Positions 58,475 to 64,000 of a stretch of 64,000 nucleotides of DNA are shown here, in pieces (positions within the stretch are counted from its first letter, which is position 1; every line of letters starts with the position of its first letter). The notes under the pieces are model-generated. The model did no database searches, was not told where the DNA came from, and saw only the letters and a list, made by a program, of their open reading frames with translations. A program made the position numbers and the translations under genes. The stretch lies in contig OX597838.1 of the NCBI GenBank assembly GCA_951406725.2, positions 11,904,001 to 11,968,000 of the forward strand, given 5' to 3'. The DNA comes from Octopus vulgaris (lineage: Eukaryota).

Positions 58475-59249
58475 CCACCACAATCAGCAGCAGCAGCAGC
58501 AGCATCACTCCCATCACCACTATCACATCCACCAACACCACCACCACAGCCACCATCAACACCGTCGCCACCATGACAACCACTACAACAACAGCCATCG
58601 CCACCACCATCACTATCATCAACATCACCATCATCACAACCACCACCACCACCGCCACCACCGCCACTGCCACCACAGTACCCACCACCACCATTATTCC
58701 CTCAACTGCCGATGCCATTAGAACCATCTTATTACTTAAGAAATATCCAGCGGTGTATAAAGCTATATCGACATCGTTCCTTCTGGAGAATTTGGCTACT
58801 AAATTTAATTGGTTTGTTTCATAAACCATTGAAGACCCTGAAAATGTCGCCACAGAAAACAAACGGTACGAAAACTCTTCACGATAAAAGATAGCACCAA
58901 CATATTTTTTTTTAATTTGCCATCTTATTTTGTATTTATTTATTTCTGTATTTATTTATTTTATTTATTTCGTCTTGAAAGTCTTTTGTAAAATATCTCG
59001 AAATGACAGTTTTGTTGGTAATTTTGACAAAAGATAACAAAACAAAAGCAATAAAGAATTAATTTTAAAAGGAAACCACAGCAAACAGTCACCGTAAAGC
59101 GAGATGAAAATTGTGGAAAAGTTGAGCGCCATTTAATTTTGCGAATAAAACGGCCATTTCTTCAGAATGTGTTCATAAACACACACACACACACACACAC
59201 ACTTTCTCTCTCTCTCGTGTATGTCACTCTCTCTCCTTCCACTCTTCTT

Positions 59250-59282
<33 letters not shown>

Positions 59283-59309
59283 ATACATATATACACGAGT
59301 GTGTGTATA

Positions 59310-59370
<61 letters not shown>

Positions 59371-59622
59371 TTGTGTGCGTATGTGAGCATGTGTGTGTGT
59401 ATGGGTGTGTGTGTCTGTGTGTGTGTTAAAACTGTATTAGTTTCAAAGCAAAGTCTTCTTTTAATGCTTTCGTTGCTCTTTTATCGATGACTGGAAAAAC
59501 GAAATGAGAAGTATTCTTGACGAAGTTTGAACTCAAATGATAAACACAAAACCGGCAAAGACTTTTCGCATCGTTACTCCACTGATTCTGATGCTGCTGC
59601 TGCTCCTCCTCCTCCTCCTTCA

Positions 59623-59653
<31 letters not shown>

Positions 59654-59789
59654 TATACTATGAGTTTCTTTGCCCTAGGAGTCGGGAAGACACTCGGCAA
59701 GAAATGGAAGCAAATTTGAAAGAAGAAAATAAAAGTAATAATAATAATAATAATAATAATAATGATAATAATAATAATGGTTTCAAATT

Positions 59790-60230
59790 TTGCCACAAGG
59801 GCACTGGTACTTAACTTATCAACCCCGAAAGGATGAAAAGCAATAACAACAACAACAATAATAATAATGGTTTCAATTTTGCCACAAGTACAGCAATTTT
59901 GTTTTTTGGTAGGAGAGGGGATAAGTCGATTACATCGACCCCCAGGGCTCGACTGGGGCTCATTTTATCGACCCCAAAAGGACGAAAGCAAAGTCGACCT
60001 CGACGCAATTTGAACACACAACACAAAGCTGGAAGAAATGCTGCTAAGTACTTCGACCGGCTTGCTAACGATTCGGCCAGCACCGCCTTGAAATTCCTTC
60101 TTGTTTTTGGCACAAAGTTAGAAGGTCTGATGAGAGGGTCAAGTCGATTTTGCCTTGTCCTTAGTACTTGGCTCTTTATTTTATCGACACCGAAAGGATG
60201 AAACCTTGGCGGGATTGGAACAGGGAACGT
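59790..60230 (-). mobile_element. Cluster of old SINE family B-type copies; more at ~61020-61200 and ~61250-61410
   Basis: Recurrent tcgaccccaaaaggacgaaagcaaagtcgacc motif. Confidence 0.75.
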
Positions 60231-60559
60231 AAATGCAAACCAGTTCAAATATGTTTGAGGCTCATTCGAACTAGCAAATAAGCCATTCACTGTGGTTTTG
60301 CTATCGGTCATCGTACTGTGACTCTAACAGCATATAAAAAACAATCTCTTTGATCAGTTCACAGCGTCACTTGTGAAAGACAACTACTCCAAAATGTTGG
60401 TTACTCAGTCTTGGTAGGTGGCGCCGCGAACTGATCTAGGTGTATCCACGCCATTTGTCTACAGCGAGAATCTCTCTCGATGGCAAAACACAGCGAATGG
60501 TTTATTTGCTGATTCGAAAGTGCCTGAAGCATACTTGAACTGGAGATAACATTGCATTT
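60231..60559. repeat. Nested imperfect inverted repeats (rod-like fold-back, possible MITE)
   Basis: Outer ~65-bp arms at 60240-60306 and 60478-60542. Inner ~29-bp arms gatcagttcacagcgtcac.../...gtggcgccgcgaactgatc. Confidence 0.8.
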
Positions 60560-60658
60560 CTTCTTCTTCTTCTTCTTCTTCTTCTTCTTCTTCTTCTTCT
60601 TCTTCTTCTTCTTCTTCTTCTTCTCCTTCTCCTTCTTCTTCTTCTTCTTCTTCTTCTT

Positions 60659-60862
<204 letters not shown>

Positions 60863-61851
60863 ATAATAAAAATAACATTGCATTTATGCTTATCACTGCT
60901 TAACCCTTTCACTTCGTGGAGAACGTAAAGAGCTGGAAGAGATACTGGAAAGTAATTTTCGGGTGCTCTAGCGATTCTTCCAACCTGCCAGACAAGCCAC
61001 CCCAATTCGTAATTTCTGATATTAGCGCAAAGCAAGCAATTTTGGGGAGAGGCGGGGGTTAATCGATAACGTCAACCCGTCGGCTCCGAAGAGACGAAAG
61101 GCAAAGTCGACTTTTTGAAATTTGAACTCAGAAAGAGAATTGTTCGCATAAATTCTTCAAGGCATTTTGGTTGACGCTCTCACACCTGCACAAATACAAC
61201 ACCCTTTAATAATTGATTAAAACATACGTCCTATGACATTTAGTGAAGAGGAAAAATCGATTAATCAATCGACAGTACTTAACTCATTCTTTATTGTCCC
61301 CGGAGGATAGAAGACAAATTTTCCCAAGCTAGATTTGAACTTGGAACGTAAAGAGAAAATACAGCAAAGTTCTTTATCTGACGCTGTAACAATTCTGCTA
61401 GTTCACCATTCGAATAAAAAGACAATTTTGTGTGGCAGTGTGTGTTCTTTTAAATCGATTTCAGTTCATAATTAACGAAAACGATAAAAGCCACAGAAGC
61501 TGAACGAGTCACCAACACAATTTCAATCGTCAAGGAACGTTTGGTTTCGTTTATGAATCAAAAGCCGTGTAAGGTTCATAAAAGCGGAAGCCTTTACATA
61601 CTGTAACAGTTTTATAAAGAAAGCTTAGAAAGTGCAGCAATTTAGATGAAAGAAAAACAATAGCTATCAAGAAAGTCACCCAACAGAACAATTCCTTGTA
61701 AAGCTTATCCCTATGTAGAATTTCCTGTGTTGTCTTAAATTCTCTAAATAACGCATGAATTCAATCGTCAAAGCGTTGGGATACAATAACTAGCTATATT
61801 TGTTTACAGACTTGTACTGATTTCGAATCATGCAGATGATAGTTTATGACT

Positions 61852-62220
61852 GTGGAGGCGCAATGGCCCAGTGGTTAGGGCAGCGGACTCGCGGTTTCGA
61901 TTCCCAGACCGGGCGTTGTGAGTGTTTATTGAGCGAAAACACCTTAAGCTCCACGAGGCTCCGGCAGGGGATGGTGGTGATCCCTGCTGTACTCTTTCAC
62001 CACAACTTTCTCTCACTCTTACTTCCTGTTTCTGTTGTACCTGTATTTCAAAGGGCCGGCCTTGTCACTCTCTGTGTCACGCTGAATATCCCCGAGAACT
62101 ACGTTAAGGGTACACGTGTCTGTGGAGTGCTCAGCCACTTACACGTTAATTTCACGAGCAGGCTGTTCCGTTGATCGAATCAACCGGAACCCTCGTCGTC
62201 GTAACCGACGGAGTGCTTCC
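61852..62220 (+). mobile_element. SINE family C copy with a 14-bp deletion in the head
   Basis: TSD agtttatgact at 61841-61851 and 62221-62231. Confidence 0.92.
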
Positions 62221-63110
62221 AGTTTATGACTTTCAACCTCCTAGAAACAGGGAATTAAGTCACAAGTAGTTGGGTCAAGTCTTCTCTCTCTCTCTCTCTC
62301 GAAGGGAAATGGAAATTAATAGAAATTTTCACTTCCAGTAACCTAGCGTGTAAAAATTTAGTCCAAAGACTATCTATTACTCATAAAATACAGTGGTAAA
62401 AAGATTAATTAAAGATAGTAGTAAATATAACGTTTAAGATGTATGTCTTTCTTCGGTAAGGAAAGGAAAATATGATTACAGAGATTAATGCTGAGGTTAC
62501 TATGAAGCGAAATGGCAGAACCGTAAGCTAAGTGTAAATATCGAAATAATTTTTATGTGTAATGATGGAGTTGACTCGGAAAAATTATAATTCTATTCTA
62601 TCTTGTAATAAGAGTAATGTATTTATGTATTGTAGGATAGTAATGGGATATAATTTTCTTGAAAATTTTTGGCAATGCTTTGAGAATTTCTTGTATTGTC
62701 TACAATATATTGTACATTGTATAAAACAGACGAAATTACTGGAGACATGACCAAAAAAGAATAAAGGTCAATCAAGGTCACAATAGAACTAGGGTTTATT
62801 GATTGTGGTAGTATGGCTACGGAAATTTTATTTCACAGTTACATGGATTCAGTAACAAACCACCACAAGGTACCTTAGACCTCAAACTGTTTTCTTCCAT
62901 AGTCACGGGGTAACTACGTAAAAAGATACAAATTATAGTGAATTCATGTTATAATTATTTCTAATATTGATACATCAGGAAAACATTAGGAAGGCTGCTA
63001 ATGTGGAATATACTGTTAGCGCTAACAGTCTAGAGCTAAATATTTCGGTATAAAATACCTTTATCAACAATACAAAATAATAATCATTTCTACTCTAGGC
63101 ATAAGTTGTT

Positions 63111-63156
63111 AACACAACGTTTCGGCTTATATACCCTACAGCCTTCTTCAGGTGTC
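63111..63156 (-). ncRNA. Minimal type I hammerhead ribozyme motif
   Basis: gacac-CTGAAGA-a-ggct(gtagggtatata)agcc-GAAAC-GTT-gtgtt: stems I and II present, stem III has no loop. Confidence 0.7.
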
Positions 63157-63229
63157 TAGGGGAAATTTCGAACCTCCTGGGTTCTCGTTCCTAAGATATT
63201 TTTCGATGTTGTTGTTGTTGTTGCTGTTA

Positions 63230-63350
<121 letters not shown>

Positions 63351-63450
63351 CATTATTATTCAGGTCACTGCCTGGAATTGAACTCGGAATCTTGGGGTTA
63401 GTAGTCCGCGCTCTTAACCCCAACATTCCGAGTTCAGTTCCAAGCCGTGA

Positions 63451-63573
<123 letters not shown>

Positions 63574-63618
63574 TAATAATACCTTAAGAATGAGAACCCA
63601 GGTTCAAAGTTTCCCCAA

Positions 63619-63664
63619 GACTCCTGATGAAGGCTGGAGGGTATATAAGCCGAAACGTTGTGTT
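63619..63664 (+). ncRNA. Minimal type I hammerhead ribozyme motif
   Basis: gactc-CTGATGA-a-ggct(ggagggtatata)agcc-GAAAC-GTT-gtgtt. Confidence 0.7.
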
Positions 63665-64000
63665 AACTACAAAGAAGATGAGGACAAATATCCGTCGAAT
63701 GTAAATAATGTAAATAATTCCTCAACTCTTAAATATAGAGCTGTATTATCTAGGCACAAGGCCTGAAAAAATTTTGGGGAAGGAGGCCAGCCGATTAGAT
63801 CAACCCCAGTACGTATCGACCCCGAAAGGATGAAAGGCAAAGTCGACCTCGGCGGAATTTGAATACAGAACGTAAAGACAGACGAAATACCACTAAGCAT
63901 TTCACCCGGCGTGCTAACGTTTCTGCCAGCTCGCCGCCTTACAATACAAAATAATAATAATAACAACATTAAGTTAGTATGGTATATCATGTAATTTTTT

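Noticed and set aside
58716-58870. Possible exon (minus SSMVYETNQLNLVAKFSRRNDVDIALYTAGYFL, or a plus-strand frame)
   Set aside because: Several frames are open, the donor sites are weak and I recognise no homology, so it is not supportable without RNA data.

Overview
AT-rich, extremely microsatellite-dense animal DNA. The SINE families and repeat content point to a coleoid cephalopod, probably Octopus (inference). No host protein-coding gene could be recognised, and almost every ORF in the track is a translation of simple repeats or SINEs. The window holds three tRNA-derived SINE families (labelled A, B and C here, several copies with target-site duplications, TSDs), Tc1 and mariner transposase remnants, and several R4/Dong-type non-LTR fragments in (TAA)n tracts. 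It also holds RTE and L1/Tx1-like fragments, a decayed Penelope-like element (Naiad-type RT plus GIY-YIG), several minimal hammerhead ribozyme motifs, a 32-bp minisatellite and a ~2.2-kb tandem duplication. Three observations stand out. (1) At 63106-63748 a palindromic element made of a tRNA-derived head, (AAT)n and a hammerhead ribozyme on each arm inserted as one unit with a TSD; its fold-back junction recurs at 60774. (2) At 20833-21305 5S rRNA copies are fused end-to-end to an R4/Dong 3' end, which looks like reverse-transcriptase template jumping or a 5S-headed SINE. (3) At 14335-14671 a Dong element is internally deleted. Fold-back palindromes also recur across the window. All coordinates were read by eye and are approximate.
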